The notes under the pieces are model-generated. The model ran no database searches, had not been told where the DNA came from, and saw only the letters and a program-made list of their open reading frames with translations. A DNA stretch of 63,601 bases, counting the filler, from Chiloscyllium plagiosum (lineage: Eukaryota), in assembly GCF_004010195.1 (NCBI RefSeq). It is 6 parts of one record of this genome, joined end to end, with 100 filler letters (N's around TTAATTAATTAA, not from the genome) between each part and the next. Parts side by side here need not be neighbours in the genome. Positions count along the whole stretch, not along the records: positions 5,575 to 15,536 come from NC_057711.1; positions 15,637 to 21,784 come from NC_057711.1; positions 21,885 to 30,567 come from NC_057711.1; 3 more parts are not named here. One strand, written 5' to 3'. The translations under genes and the position numbers were made by a program. The stretch's first letter is position 1; each line of letters begins with the position of its first letter. Below, piece after piece: positions 10,641 through 23,145 of this stretch.

Positions 10641-12330
10641 GATGACTGCAGATGGAGATCAGAGTCAAGACTGTGATGCTGGAAAAGCACAGCACGTCAG
10701 GCAGCATCCGAGGAGCAGGAGAATCGACGTTTTGGGCGTAAACCTTTCATCAGGAATGAGGCTTATGGGTTGGGGCTAAGAGATAAATGGGAGGGGGGTG
10801 AGGTCGGGGAGAAGGCAGCTGAGAAAGCGATAGGTGGATAAAAGGAGAGGGAGAAGACAATAGGTCGGGGGGTTGGGAGTGATGGACAGGTCCAGAGGGC
10901 AGTGCCGGTTTGGAGGCTTGGGACTGGGATAATGTGAGGGAGGGGAAATGAGGAAGCTGTTGAAATCCATATTTATCCCGTGTGGTTGCAGGGTCCCAAG
11001 GCGGAACATGAGGCATTCTTCCTCCAAGGATTGGGTGGTTACGGTTTGGCGGCAGAGGCGGCCCAGGACCTGCATGTCTTTGTCGGCATGGGAGGGGAAG
11101 TTAAAGTGTTCAGCCATGGGGTTGGTGAGTGCGGGTATCCCAGAGATGTTCGCTGAAATGATCCGCAAGAAGGTGTCCTGTCTCCCTGATGTAGAGACGA
11201 CCACACTGGGTGCAACAGATGCAGTAGATGACATTGGTAGAGGTGCAGGTAAATTTCTGACAGATGTGGAAGGATCCCTTGGGGCTTTGGACAGAAGGGA
11301 GGGGAGTGCTGTGGGCAGAGGTTTTGCGCTTCCTGCGGTGGCAGGGAAAGGTGCCAGAAGTGGGGTGTGCGCTGGTGTGGGAGCATGGACCTGATGAGGG
11401 AGTCGCAGAGGTAATGGTCTTTCCAGAACACTGATAGGGGTGGGGAGGGAAATATATCTTTAGTGATGGGGTCTGTTTGTGAGCGTGTAGTAGATGTCTG
11501 TGGTTATTCGGTCTCCGGAGACTATGATGGAGAGTCCAGGAAGGGGAGGGGGGTGTCTGAGATGGTCCAGATAAATTTGAGGTTAAGGTGGAAGTGGTTG
11601 GTAAAGTTGATGAACTGTTCAACCTCCTTGTGGGAGTATGAGGCTGCACCAATACAGTCACTGATACAGTGGAGGAACAGGTGGTGCTGGTGGAATTGCG
11701 AAAAATGGACTGTTCCATATACCTGACAAACAGGCAAGCATAGCTGGGGCCCATGAGGATGCCCACGGCTACCCCTTTGGTTTGGAAGAAGTGGGAGGAT
11801 TAGAAGAAGTTGTTGAGGGTGAGGACTAGTTCAGCCAGACAGATGAGGGTGTCAGTGGAAGGGTACTGTTTGGGATGGCTTGAGGGGAAGAAACGGAGGG
11901 CTTGGAGACCTTCGTCGTGGCAGATTGATGTGTACAGGGACCGTGTGTCCATGGTGAAGATGAAATGTTGCGGACTGGGGAGAAAAAAATCTTGGAAGAG
12001 GTGAAGTGTGTGGGTGGGGACACGAATGTTGGTGGGGAGTTCCTGGACTAAGAGGTCGAGGGTGGAAGAGATGAAGTCAGTGGGACAGGCGCAGGCTGAG
12101 ACAATGAGTCAACTGGGGCAGTGAGGTTTGTGAATCTTCGGAAGGAGGTAGAATCAGGCAGTGCAGGGTTCACGGACAATGAGGTTGGAGGATGTGGATG
12201 GGAGCTCCCCAGAGGTGATGAGGTTGTGGATGGTTTGGGAAATGATGGTTTGGTGATGGGAGGAGAGGTCATGATCAAGAGGGTAGTAGGAGGAGGGGTC
12301 TGACAATTGGCACCTGCTGTCCTGTAAGCA
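10640..12330 (-). mobile_element. Penelope-like element (RT + GIY-YIG remnants, 3' pLTR tail)
   Basis: MGPSYACLF and NVIYCICCTQCGRLYIRET motifs; tail with a hammerhead remnant near 10725-10753. Confidence 0.88.
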
Positions 12331-12334
12331 AACC

Positions 12335-13170
12335 CATTGTAACAAGACACTGGTGAGGAGCAGTTATGAAAGGGGATATAATCAAAATTGATGGACAATA
12401 CTCATGGTCTGATGTTGTTCAATTCAATGTTGAGCCTAAAGGCTGTGAAGTGGAAAATGAGTCACTGTTCCTCCAGCTTGAGTTGGGTTTCACTAGAGCC
12501 TTGCAGCAAGCCTGAAGCAGAAATACAAGTAAAATAGCAAGATGGTGTGCTGCAATGGTAATCAACTAGAAGGTCAGGGTCATTCTTACAGACAGAGCAG
12601 AAGTATTCTATAAGCAAACAGACAGCAACCAGACAGGGTTTGGTTTCATCAATGTAGAGGATATTGTATTGTGAAGAGTGAATAAATTAGGTTGAAAGAA
12701 CATGGTAAAAGAATAAGTGTTATACACATTCTGCAATTACACAGGAAGGTGAAGAGGTGTTAGGAGTGAGGAATGGACAAGAGTGTCATGGAGAGAACAG
12801 CTCCTAAAGAATGCTAGCAAAGGAGGGTCGGGGAAGGTGTGCAAGATTGTGCCATCCTGCGGAGGTGATGTAAATTGGGAAGGATGACCCTTTCAATGCA
12901 GAGGCTGATGGTGGCAAGAAGGACAAGAGAAACCCAACTGTTCTGGGCAGAAGTGGACAGGGTGAAGGTAGATAACCACTGGGGAAATAAATTAAGTTCA
13001 AGGAAAACAAAAAGACATATTGGAGGCATCTCCGAGATGGATCGGTCAAACTGATGCAATAGATATGGACAATGTAGGATTTTGTAATGGAGTTCTTACG
13101 GGAAGCAAGGTATGAAGAAATATAGTCGAGGTAATGGTCAGAGTTGGTGGGTTTGCCTTGGATATTAGTG
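12335..13170 (-). mobile_element. Older Penelope-like fragment
   Basis: Decayed LEEQ.LIF..QPLGLNIE and YIDET remnants. Confidence 0.55.
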
Positions 13171-13175
13171 AATAA

Positions 13176-14125
13176 TGTAAAAGTGAGGACTGCAGATGCT
13201 CAAAACCAGAGTTTAGATCAGAGGGGTGCTGGAAAAGCACAGCAGGTCAAGCAGCATCCGAGGAGCAGGAAAATCGACGTTTTGTGCAAAAGCCCTTCAT
13301 CAGGAATTGAGGCAGGAGGCCTCCAGGGTGGAAAGATAAGTGGGGTTGGGGGGAGGAGGGAAAGGGGGAGGAGAGTTGGGGAGAAGGTAGCAAAGAGTAC
13401 AATAGGTGAATGGGGGTGGGAATGGATGTGATAGGTCAGGAGGGGAGGGTGGAGCAGATAGGTGGGAAGGGAGATTGGCAAGTAGGACCATTCCCTCCGT
13501 GACTACCTGGCCTCCCAACAACCCACCCCCCCGCCCTGGCCCCTCCCCCTGTTACCGCAGGAATTGCAAAACCTGCACCCACACCTCCTCCCTCACCTCC
13601 ATCCAAGGCCCCAAAGGAGCACTTCACATCCAAAGTTTTACCCTCACATCCACCTATGTCATTTATCGTATCCGTTGCGCCCAATGCAGTCTCCTCTGCA
13701 TTGGGGAGACGGATGCCTCCACAGAACGCTTTAGGGAACATCTCGGGGACACCCGCACCAATCAACCCCACCGCCCTGTGGTCCAACATTTCAACTCCCC
13801 CTCCCACTCTGCCAAGGACATGCAGGTCCTGGGCATCCTCCACTGCCACTCCTTCACCACCCGACGCCTGGAGGAAGAACGCCTTATCTTCCACCTCAGA
13901 ACACTTCAACCCAGAGGGCATCAATGTGGACTTCAACAGTTTCCTCATTTCCCCTTCCCCCACCTTACCTCAGTTCCAACCTTCCAGCTCAGCACTATCC
14001 TCATGGCAATCCTACCTGGCAATCTCCCTTCCCACATATCCGCTCCACCCTCCTCTCTAACCTATCACCTCCATTTCATCTATTGTACTCTTTGTTATCT
14101 TCTCCCCAGCACCTCCCCCCTATCT
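13176..14125. mobile_element. Penelope-like fragment with inverted pLTR (13176-13490 minus; 13490-14125 plus GIY-YIG)
   Basis: PCYRRNCKTC and YVIYRIRCAQCSLLCIGET on plus, preceded by the inverted tail. Confidence 0.82.
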
Positions 14126-14397
14126 GTATCTGACTTAAAAGAAATAGTGCCTGGATGGAGACAGAAAATGTACAGCTGTTGTATAGGTAATGCCTGTTAG
14201 TCAAAGCAATACTGCACTTTCAAATCCTGCTTCACACAGGTAAGAACAAACCGAGGAAGATGTCTAACTTAAGATGGCCTAGAAGCAAACTGATCACCCG
14301 TGGTCATGTTTTATTACCAAATACTGACAGTAACGATTTTCCATTAGTTTGGTTCCTATCAAAAGAAGGGGTTTTGTAAACAAAGCTTGCTCCTTAC

Positions 14398-14503
14398 CAG
14401 TCTCTACGATTTCAGCCTCTGGTTCAGCTGGTTCTACTGATCTGCGTTGACGGCGTGCCCTTCTGGATTGCTGAGGTGGTACCATCCTACGTTTTCTTTG
14501 TGT
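14398..14503 (-). CDS. RNF4: RNF4 coding exon (TQRKRRMVPPQQSRRARRQRRSVEPAEPEAEIVET-G), basic N-terminal region upstream of the SIM cluster
   Basis: Acceptor tgttttatattttcag| and donor G|gtaagg; 106 nt open, phase 0 in and phase 1 out. RKRR and EIVET motifs match RNF4. Downstream SIM/RING exons not found in the window. Confidence 0.82.
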
Positions 14504-14884
14504 CTGAAAATATAAAACAACCTAAATTTTGCTGACTGTGACAAATGTATGGTCTATTGCTTAAGTTTAATTGCTTAACTGCTACTCTCAATTATTCACC
14601 AAAAGCAGTTTTTCTGGTAGTGAATTGTGGACTGTATCTTTACAGAAATAGAAAATAGAATTGCTACAGTTCAGGAAGGGCATGGTTACAGAGGGACCTT
14701 GCTCAAGTACAGAAAAAATTGGTCGACATAAAAAGGTGGCGTCAGACCAGAGGGTGATAAATCAACTCCAAGCAAAAAGGAGGAAATCCTTCTTATGCAA
14801 GTTCTGGAAAGTGGAGCAGGACAACAAAAGCTTTAGTAATCTTCCTTCTTGCTTGAATAATGGTACGACATTAGTGATTTCATA

Positions 14885-15210
14885 GTCAAGGGTGTAGGTT
14901 TGCTCGCTGAGCTGTAGGTTTGATATCCAGAGGTTTCATTACCTGGCTAGGTAACATCATTAGTGGCAACCTCCAAGTGAAGTGAAGCTGTTGTCTCCTG
15001 CTTTCTATTTATATCTTTCTCCTGGATGGGGTTCCTGGGGTTTATGGTGATGTCATTTCCTGTTTGTTTTCTGAGGGGTTGATAGATGGCATCTAGATCT
15101 GTGTGTTTGTTTATGGTGTTGTGGTTGGAGGGCCAGGTCTCTAGGAACAAACACACAGATCTAGATGCCATCTATCAACCCCTCAGAAAACAAACAGGAA
15201 ATGACATCAC
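14885..15210 (-). mobile_element. Short Penelope pLTR fragment with internal inverted repeat and mutated hammerhead
   Basis: ~15047-15112 is the reverse complement of ~15147-15210; minus strand CTAATGA-TGTTACC-tagcca-GGTAAT-GAAAC. Confidence 0.7.
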
Positions 15211-16032
15211 TACACAAAATACTTTAAACTAACTCTGCAGGGGCATGGGAACCTAGACTGGAGCTTTAGGGTGCAGGACCTGGAGTGTAGAGAAGTTAGG
15301 AACATGGCATCAATCTCAAAGGAGGGTGCCTGTAAACAGGAAAGTGGCTTGAAGTGTGTATACTTCAATGCAAGAAGTATACGAAATAAGGTAGGTGAAC
15401 TTGCAGCGTGGGTTGGTACCTGGGACTTCGATGTTGTGGCTATTACGGAGACATGGGTAGAACAGGGACAGGATTGGCTGTTGCAGGTGCCAGGGGTGAA
15501 ATGTTTTAGTAGGGTCAGAGATGGGGGTAAAAGAGGNNNNNNNNNNNNNNNNNNNNNNNNNNNNNNNNNNNNNNNNNNNNTTAATTAATTAANNNNNNNN
15601 NNNNNNNNNNNNNNNNNNNNNNNNNNNNNNNNNNNNGGCACTTGGGGCTGTTTTCTTTGGAGAAAAGAAGGTTTAGGGGTGACTTGATAGAGGTGTACAA
15701 GATGATTAGGGGTTTAGATAGGGTTGACCATGAGAACCTTTTTCCACGTATGGAGAAAGCTATTACGAGGGGGCATAACTTTAAATTAAGGGGTGGTAGG
15801 TGTAGGACAGATGTTAGGGGTAGATTCTTTACTCAGCGAGTCGTGAGTTCATGGAATGCCCTGCCAGTAGCAGTGGTGGACTCTCCCTCTTAATGGGCGT
15901 TTAAACGGGCATTGGTTTGGAATATGGAGGATAGTGGGCTAGTGTAGGTTAGGTGGCTTTGGATTGGCGCAACATCGAGGGCCAAAGGGCCTGTACTGCG
16001 CTGTATTTTTTCTATGTTTCTTTCTATGTTTC
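15211..16032 (+). mobile_element. CR1/HER1-type LINE (ORF1 end, APE start, gap, 3' end)
   Basis: LKCVYFNARSIRNK..AITETW before the gap; LGLFSLEKRRFRGDLIEVYK..FFTQRVV..WNALP and TCTATGTT tail after it. Continuity across the gap is assumed. Confidence 0.85.
15537..15636. other. Assembly gap linker
   Basis: N44-TTAATTAATTAA-N44. Confidence 0.98.
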
Positions 16033-16399
16033 TACTACGAGTAATTGGACATGTTAAGCGTTGGCCCTGAAAGTATTTATAAATTCTTTGGGGAATTCAC
16101 TCAGAAGACAGTCAGAGCTGAGCATCATTCCGCTCTGAAGCGGCTTCACGACCTCCTGCACCTCCGACATTGTTAAAGGAGCATGAAGAAAAGACACCTG
16201 CTTGCAGGTTACACCTTAAAGATCCAGACACACACAAAAAAAAAGACTCCATCTTAGCCCACCCATCCTCAACTTTCAGATTGATACAATTCGGACTAAA
16301 CTCTCAGAGACGCAGCATGGATCTTTTTAGAATTGCAGGTAAGAGTCCCAGTCCCTTACCTGATTGAGGAAATGGATTTGGGGGTGAAGGGGGCTCATT

Positions 16400-17096
16400 T
16401 TCCTGGCAAAATATGCTAGATACCTGCCCGACCTATCACCATGGTCAAACAACCTTGGCTTTGCAAAAGAGAGTTCCATCTTAGCTGTCTGTGTGACCGA
16501 AGTACTGTGACCCGCTGTAGCTTAGCCACTGATGGCCTATCAAAATATGCCTTCATGGCTGCCTTCAGTCATGCCTTGAACAAGCATTGCTGTTCTACCC
16601 TCTGTTGCTTCCGACTGGCAGAGTAAGAAATAATTATCCCCCTAGCAGTTTCCCAGAGAACAGACGGCTAACTGGCCATTTCCAAATTAATGGCGAAGAA
16701 AGCTTTAAATTCATTTAAGTCCTCAATGAACTTACTGTCCTTAAGAATAAAAGGGATCCATTTGGCAGTGCCATGAACCTGTTATATTGCACTTTATCTT
16801 AACTACTAAGTATACTGCTGCATGATCAGAAATGGTAATATTCCCAATTATGCAGGATGCCACTGAGTCTAAGAATGCCATGGGAGTTAAAAAGAGATCA
16901 ATCCTAGTACGACACTGGTGCAGATTAGAGAAGAACGTAAAGTCCCTACCTGAGGGGTGCAGCTGCCTCCAGACATCAACCAGCTCCAACATTCATCCAC
17001 TAGTTGCTGAGATTGCAAAGAGAGCATTGGGAGACCTTTGGACATTCTGTCCACTGTGGGATCCAAAAAACATTTAAAATCTTGCCCTCCGATGAT
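16400..17096 (-). mobile_element. Older L1 ORF2, downstream part (end of endonuclease onward)
   Basis: LVDVWRQLHPSGRDFTFFS...RIDLFL...ISDHAAV motifs. Confidence 0.85.
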
Positions 17097-20000
17097 GATC
17101 CAAGATGACGACGATCAAATATGTCTGCCCTGCTGAGCTCTGCACCATAACCCAGACAAGTTGGTGCTTTTACCCTCCCTTTAATTAGTGATTTTGCAAA
17201 AATCAACAATTTGAGGTCCCCAAAATCTTTGTGCTTTAGTTCTGGCAACAGGGAAAATGACGAAGGGAAAAGGGCCACATGGATCACAACAAGTAGGGCA
17301 TTCCCTTGTAGCAATGGATACACCTGTGGTCGCAGTGTCGACCTCCGCAGACATTCCTTTGGACCTACCTGCGCAGCAGAGCCTGGTCTTGGAGCTCGTG
17401 AAGCTCCGAGAGAAGATGGAATCAGCGATGGAGGAGACTCAGACCAGATTGGAACTGATCTCGACCATGTTGCAAAAACATGAGATCCAACTTCTCTGGC
17501 AGCACGTGGAGGTGGTGGAGCAGCAGACCGCGGTTTCAGAGACGATGGCAGAAACCTTGACAGAATCCTCAGCAGGTTGGGTCCAGGCTTTAGTGGAGCA
17601 GTTCAATGATCTCAAAAATTGAGGTCACCGGAAGAACATCCGTCTTATGGGTCTGCCAGAACAGGAGGAAGGCGGCTAGCTTGTCAGCTTTCTGGAGCAA
17701 TGGCTCCCGCAGTTCTTGAGGCTGGAAGCTGAGGCAAGCCAGGTGAGAGTTGAGAAGGCCCACTGGTTCGCAGAGTGCAGGCCTGGATCGGACCAGCATC
17801 GGACTGCAGCTGCCCAGTCCTAGTGCAACTCCAGCACTATAAAGATAAGCAAATGGTGTTGGAAGCTTCCAAAGCACCAGGGAAGGATCCACAGGCTCTG
17901 ATATACAAGGGATCAAAAATTATGTTTTTCCAGGACTTTTCTGCGGCTGTGATCCGCAAGAGGAAGACCTTTGGTAAAGTAGAGACTGAGAGACTTGAAT
18001 TTTCAGTATTCTGTGAGGTACCTGGCAGCGCTACATTTCAGCCTCGGAGGGTCTGCGTACAATTTTGATTCATCAGAAAAGGCAAAGTATTTCCTGGACA
18101 CTTTAAAATAGACTGGCCGGTTTAAAGTAATATGAACAATAGTGTTTCTTTTGTTTTCTCAATTGTTTACCTGGTTTTATTCTTTTAATATATAGGGTTC
18201 CTTTTTTTCTGTTCTTTCCCGCCTTCCATTGTCTTCATTTCCCACCCCCCCCTCCAAACCACACACTTTTCTCTCTCTCGGTTTGGAATGGGGGCGGGGG
18301 GGGGCGGTGCTTTTTTTTAAACTCAGTAATGACTGCACTTGATGTACCGGTGGGATGGGTTGAATGCCCACTTCTAATTTTCTTGTTATAAGATACATGT
18401 ACTCTTTACTTTGTTTTGCCTGGGTTTCAGAAGCGGATTCAGCTCGGAGCAGCCATCGAGGTGTTAGTGGGTAGTGTGAGTGTCCCCTGGGGGCAAGGGG
18501 GAAAGTGTCCTCTTATTTGTTTTCTGTGTTGATTCATTGTAGGAGTAGTTTTTAGAAGTTTTGCTTCAGTAGTTTTTAGAACATAGAACAGTACAGCACA
18601 GAACAGGCCCTTCAGCCCACGATGTTGTGCCGACCACTGATCATCATGTATGCACCCACAAATTTCTGTGACCATATGCATGTCCAGTAGTCTCTTAAAA
18701 TGTCCCCAATGACCTTGCTTCCACAACTATTGCTAGCAACGCATTCCATGCTCTCTCAACTCTCTGTGTAAAGAACCTGCCTTTAACATCCCCTCTATAC
18801 ATTCCTCCAACCAGCTTAAAACTATGACTCCTCGTGTTAGTCCTTTTTGCCCTGGGAAGTCATCTCTGGCTATCGACTCTATCTATGCCTCTCATTATCT
18901 TGTATACCTCAATTAGGTCCCCTCTCCTCCTCCTTTTCTCCAATGAAAAAAGTCCGAGCTCAGTCAACCTCTCTTCATAAGATAAGCCATCCATTCCAGG
19001 CAGCATCCTGGTAAACCTCCTCTGAACCCTCTCCAAAGCATCCATATCTTTCCTATAATAGGGCGACCAGAACTGGACGCAGTATTCCAAGTGTGGTTGT
19101 CTCATGGACCCAGAGGTAGACAGGATGCCCAGGGGTCTTCCAGGCACCTCCTAACAGTCCAAACAACTGGTGGACGAGTGTGGGGAGTTGGGGCTGGTGG
19201 ATGTGTGACCTTCTTCACCAACCCACAGAAATGCCACACTAGGATTGGCATGTTTTTTGCTCCACCGGCCTTTTTGGATTCTGTGCTGTCCTGTAGAATT
19301 GGGAACATAACCTCCCGATACACTGCCGCATGGGTAAGGCCAATGGGAATGGGACAGGCTTGTGGCATTGGCGCATGGATCCTTTTCTCCTGAAAGGCAG
19401 TAAATTTATTGAGTACTTTTGACAGGATTTTAAAATTTGAGATATTAATTCAGGTCCAGCTAGTAACCAGTCAGTGCTCTGGGAGACTGCCAAGGCCTGG
19501 GCAGGGGGTTTAATTATTTCTTACTCGGCAACCCGGAAGCAGCAGAGAGGATTGCAGCAACGTATCTTTGAGGTCTGGTTGAAGGCAGCCAAGGTGGCAA
19601 ACTTTGATAGGCCATGTGTGACCAAGTTGCAGCGGATTACAGCCCTCAGGCTGTTCTGAACTCTGTGCTCACTCGGACAGCAAAGAGAGAGATCTCTTTT
19701 GCGAAACACAAGTTAATTGAGTAGGATGATAAGCTGCGCAGATACCAGGCTGACCTGGCCAGGAAGGAGAGTGCTTCCCCAATCTATTACATCGATCACA
19801 GGGGGGTGCTGGTATACTTTTTTGCAATTCCAAAGGAGATTAATGCAGCATTTAGGAAATTCTATTCAGAGTAGTACCAGTCAGAGGGCTGGGAGGACAG
19901 GTTGATGAAGATTGAGTTCTTTTTCAAGAACTTGGATCTCCCAGGTGTAAGTGTGGAGCAGGCATCCTTTTTGAATGCTCCTCTGACAATCCAAGAGATA

Positions 20001-21029
20001 CAGGAAGCGCTGAGACAGCTCCAAAGTGGTAAAGCACTGGCCCAGATGGATTTCAAAGTGAGTTTTATAAAGAGTTTATAAACATGTTGGCAAGGACAAT
20101 GTTGGATATGTACAATTATTCATACAGTCAGGACTGCCTCCCATCCTCGCAGAGAATTTAATATCTCCCTTATTCTCAGGAGAGGGAAAGCCCCAGAGGA
20201 CTGTGCTTCGTACAGGCCCAGATCGCTGGCGCAAGGTTGGAGAAGATCTTGCCTTCTATTGCAAGGGACGACTAGACAGGTTTTAAGAGTTGCAGTTCCT
20301 CTAAGAACATTAGAAGAGTACTTGCCATGGTCCAGGTGTGCCAGCAGAGGTCGAACCTGGGCTTGGTCGTCTCCCGAAATGCAGAGAAGGGCCTTTGCCA
20401 GGCGGGTGGTAGTATTATATAATGTTCCTAAGGCAGCGGTTCTCACTAATAGCATACGGTCTGATTAACTTTAGACTTGGTAGAAACAAGCCCCCGTTCA
20501 CCGCTGCTGTTTACATGACAGAGGCTATCCAGTGGGAACAGAGGTCAAGGTAGATTCGGTGTCCCTCCTTTTGGGTCTGCCAAGTTTGCCATCTTTAGAT
20601 GTGCATGGGAGAAACTGTTTAATATTCGTTCATATTGAGAGAGTAAGAAAACGGATTAGCTGGATATCAGAAAATCCCCCAGGACTTTCGGGATGGCGTA
20701 AATTAGTTACGGAATATATGCCCCGAGACTTCCTTACAAGTATGGTGCACCAGAAAACTGAACCTTTTTTTATAGGACGTGACGGCCCTTTTTGAATTAT
20801 ATGGACGCAGACTTGTCGGCTATATCGATTAGGGCTTTTGTCTAACTGCAAGGGCTGTGTCCGGCAGGCCGGGGCCCCTGAGAGGAAGAATCCCAAATAA
20901 ATACAGGTATGCCAACTGACGCTGTTTGTTTGTGAAGTAGAGTAGCAGTTCATTAATTGTTATTATACTAAGATTTTGAATTTTACTTTTACAAAATGCA
21001 AAAATGTAATAATTTTTTCAATAAAAAAA
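17097..21029 (+). mobile_element. L1 with both ends but internally deleted and decayed (ORF1 ~17257-18110; ORF2 remnants 19100-20800; CR1 insertion 18577-19097)
   Basis: 5' gatccaagatgacgacg; ORF1 MTKGKG... homologous to 553-1299; LWETAKA remnant; AATAAA and A tail at ~21020. Confidence 0.85.
18577..19097 (-). mobile_element. CR1/HER1 3' fragment nested in L1
   Basis: HLEYCVQFWSP, LGLFSLEKRR.RGDLIEVYK motifs and TCTATGTT tail. Confidence 0.9.
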
Positions 21030-21600
21030 TCCCCCGACGATACTGTGCCACAATGTAAAGGTACTTAATTTGGAAAAATGCAACTACCAGGAATTTAAGG
21101 GACTGTTCCGGGGGTCAATAGACATTCAAAATGCCATACTCTTCCCTATATATCAAGGCTTTAAGGATTACGAATTGTGCATGCTCATCTTTGAAGTACT
21201 AGATCATATTAAATGGGAGATTCTTTGACCAGTATGACCAATCCCCTACTGCTAGTATTAAGAGACAACAAAAACACATCAAACCCAGTCTGCTGCAATT
21301 TCAAATGTTCTTGATCATCAAGGTACATCTACCGTAATAGGGCAATGTTCACCCTCTCCTTTTTAAGTCTAGAAAGTACCTCTTTCCTCGTAACTGGTGA
21401 ATGGCTCCCCTTAAAAATAATCCAGGTACACCATTTAAGCGTGCCATTAGCCATAACCTTCTGCAACAATAATTGAACTCCCGAGAGGAGGAATTAGACT
21501 TAAACAAATCACTGAGCACCAACGAGACATAGAGCCTTAAAAACTACAACAAGTTTACAGAGAATTTAAGAGCTATATACACAAAACCCCCAAAAAACCA
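21026..21600 (-). mobile_element. Older L1 ORF2, N-terminal endonuclease part
   Basis: Minus strand reads MANGTLKWCTW...EHLKLQQ...FVILKALIY.EEYGILNVY...IVGG. Confidence 0.8.
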
Positions 21601-21612
21601 AACATCTACCGT

Positions 21613-21784
21613 GGGCGGCACGGTGGCACAGTGGTTAGCACTGCTGCCTCACAGCGCCAGAGACCCGGGTTCAATTCCCGCCTCAGGCGACTGACTGTGT
21701 GGAGTTTGCACGTTCTCCCCGTGTCTGCGTGGGTTTTCTCCGGGTGTTCCGGTTTCCTCCCACATCACAAAGATGCGCCGGATT
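21613..21784 (+). mobile_element. HE1-type V-SINE (tRNA-derived), cut by gap
   Basis: A box TGGCACAGTGG, B box GGTTCAATTCC, V-core TGTGTGGAGTTTGCACGTTCTCCCCGTGTCTGCGTGGG. Confidence 0.9.
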
Positions 21785-21884
21785 NNNNNNNNNNNNNNNN
21801 NNNNNNNNNNNNNNNNNNNNNNNNNNNNTTAATTAATTAANNNNNNNNNNNNNNNNNNNNNNNNNNNNNNNNNNNNNNNNNNNN
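21785..21884. other. Assembly gap linker
   Basis: N44-TTAATTAATTAA-N44. Confidence 0.98.
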
Positions 21885-22340
21885 TCCTTTAGACAACGAG
21901 GACATAAAAATCAAGGCCAATGGCTCTGCAATCTCCTCCCTTGCTTCTCAGAGAATCCTAGGATAAATGCCATCAGGCCCAGGGGACTTATCTATTTTCA
22001 CCCTTTCCAGAATTTCCAACACCTCTTCTCTACATACCTCAAAGCCATCCATTCTACTTAATTGTGACTCAGTACTCACATTGTCAACAATGTCCTGTTC
22101 CTGATTGAATACTGACGAAAAGTATTCATTCAGTGTCTCCCCAATCTCTTCAGCCTCCACACGCAACTTCCCACTACTATCCTTGACTGGACCTATTCCT
22201 ACCCTAGTCATTCTTTTATTCCTGACATACTTATAGAAAACCTTAGGGTTTTCCCTAATCCTACCAACTAAGGACCTTTCATGTCCCCTCCTTGCTGCTC
22301 TTAGCTCTCTCTTCAAGTCCTTCCTGGCTACCTTATAGCG
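21885..22340 (-). mobile_element. CR1/HER1 ORF2 fragment
   Basis: ENPKVFYKYV, LNEYFSSVF and KSPGPDGIYPRIL motifs. Confidence 0.9.
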
Positions 22341-23136
22341 TAAATGTAAGATTGTGGGAATAGGCTAGGTGCTCTTTGGAGTGTGATTGCTAACTCAAAT
22401 GGGCCAAGATGGTCTCTGTGATGACTACAGGGCGCAGAATTCCATAGCATTCTAGATGTAGTCTGAATAGGACTATACAGAGAAAACAACTTTTAATCCA
22501 TTATATTCACTTGCTCAACACAAAAGTTAGTATTCTATTAAAAAAATACACATAGGTGCAACAAATAAAATGCCTAGTTATCAGTATAACCAGTACATTA
22601 TAGTTCTTGGAACCTGCACTGTTCCTAGCTTTCCACTATTCAGAAAGTAGCCATTTTATCAATTTTAATGCCAAAAGTATTTGCATGGGTAGAATTGATT
22701 TGCCACAGTTTTGCACACAAAGTATTTCCAAACATGATTGCATTAGCATGAAACCTTTTTGGGACTGCCTGCTCATGCAATATTGAGTCCCACTTCCTGA
22801 GCTTAAAAGGGTCAGTGTCTTCTCTATATTTTGTGTCACTCCATTTAATCTTCAAATTCTTCATTTGGGGAAAATATCTTTGCATCATTATACTATCATG
22901 GCATCAGTACATGATTTGATATCATCATTTGTTCTTTCATGTATATAACCTTAAATCCCACCAAATGGGTTTCAGGCCCATCTGAGAGCGGTGAATTTTT
23001 GTCGTTTTATATTTAATAGAAAAGCATAATGGAACACTTACTGATTACCAAAAAACCTGAAATGTGGGTTCAGCTGTAGTGTATTACTTGGCAAAAGTTG
23101 GGATATCGACTTAAATGAGAAAATAATTGCACTTAC

Positions 23137-23145
23137 TGTGCTCAT
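23137..23145 (-). CDS. RNF4: RNF4 first coding segment (ATG AGC ACA = M-S-T) at the end of the start-codon exon
   Basis: Minus strand reads GAACGCA-ATG-AGC-ACA|gtaagt (consensus donor, phase 0). It splices in frame to 14503 giving MSTTQRKRRM..., similar to the human RNF4 N-terminus MSTRKRRGG...EPIELVETAG as I recall it. Confidence 0.8.

Noticed and set aside
14294..14485. 63-aa ORF as a standalone gene
   Set aside because: It is the RNF4 exon read from an internal Met through the donor into the intron.
16273..16343. Plus-strand exon-like segment ending CAG|gtaaga
   Set aside because: Antisense to RNF4, has no partner exons and gives no recognisable product.
21613..21685. tRNA gene (A and B boxes)
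   Set aside because: Continues into a V-SINE core; a SINE head rather than a tRNA. The same applies to the other copies.
22640..22888. 82-aa minus-strand ORF in the RNF4 intron
   Set aside because: No motifs or convincing splice signals; length compatible with chance.
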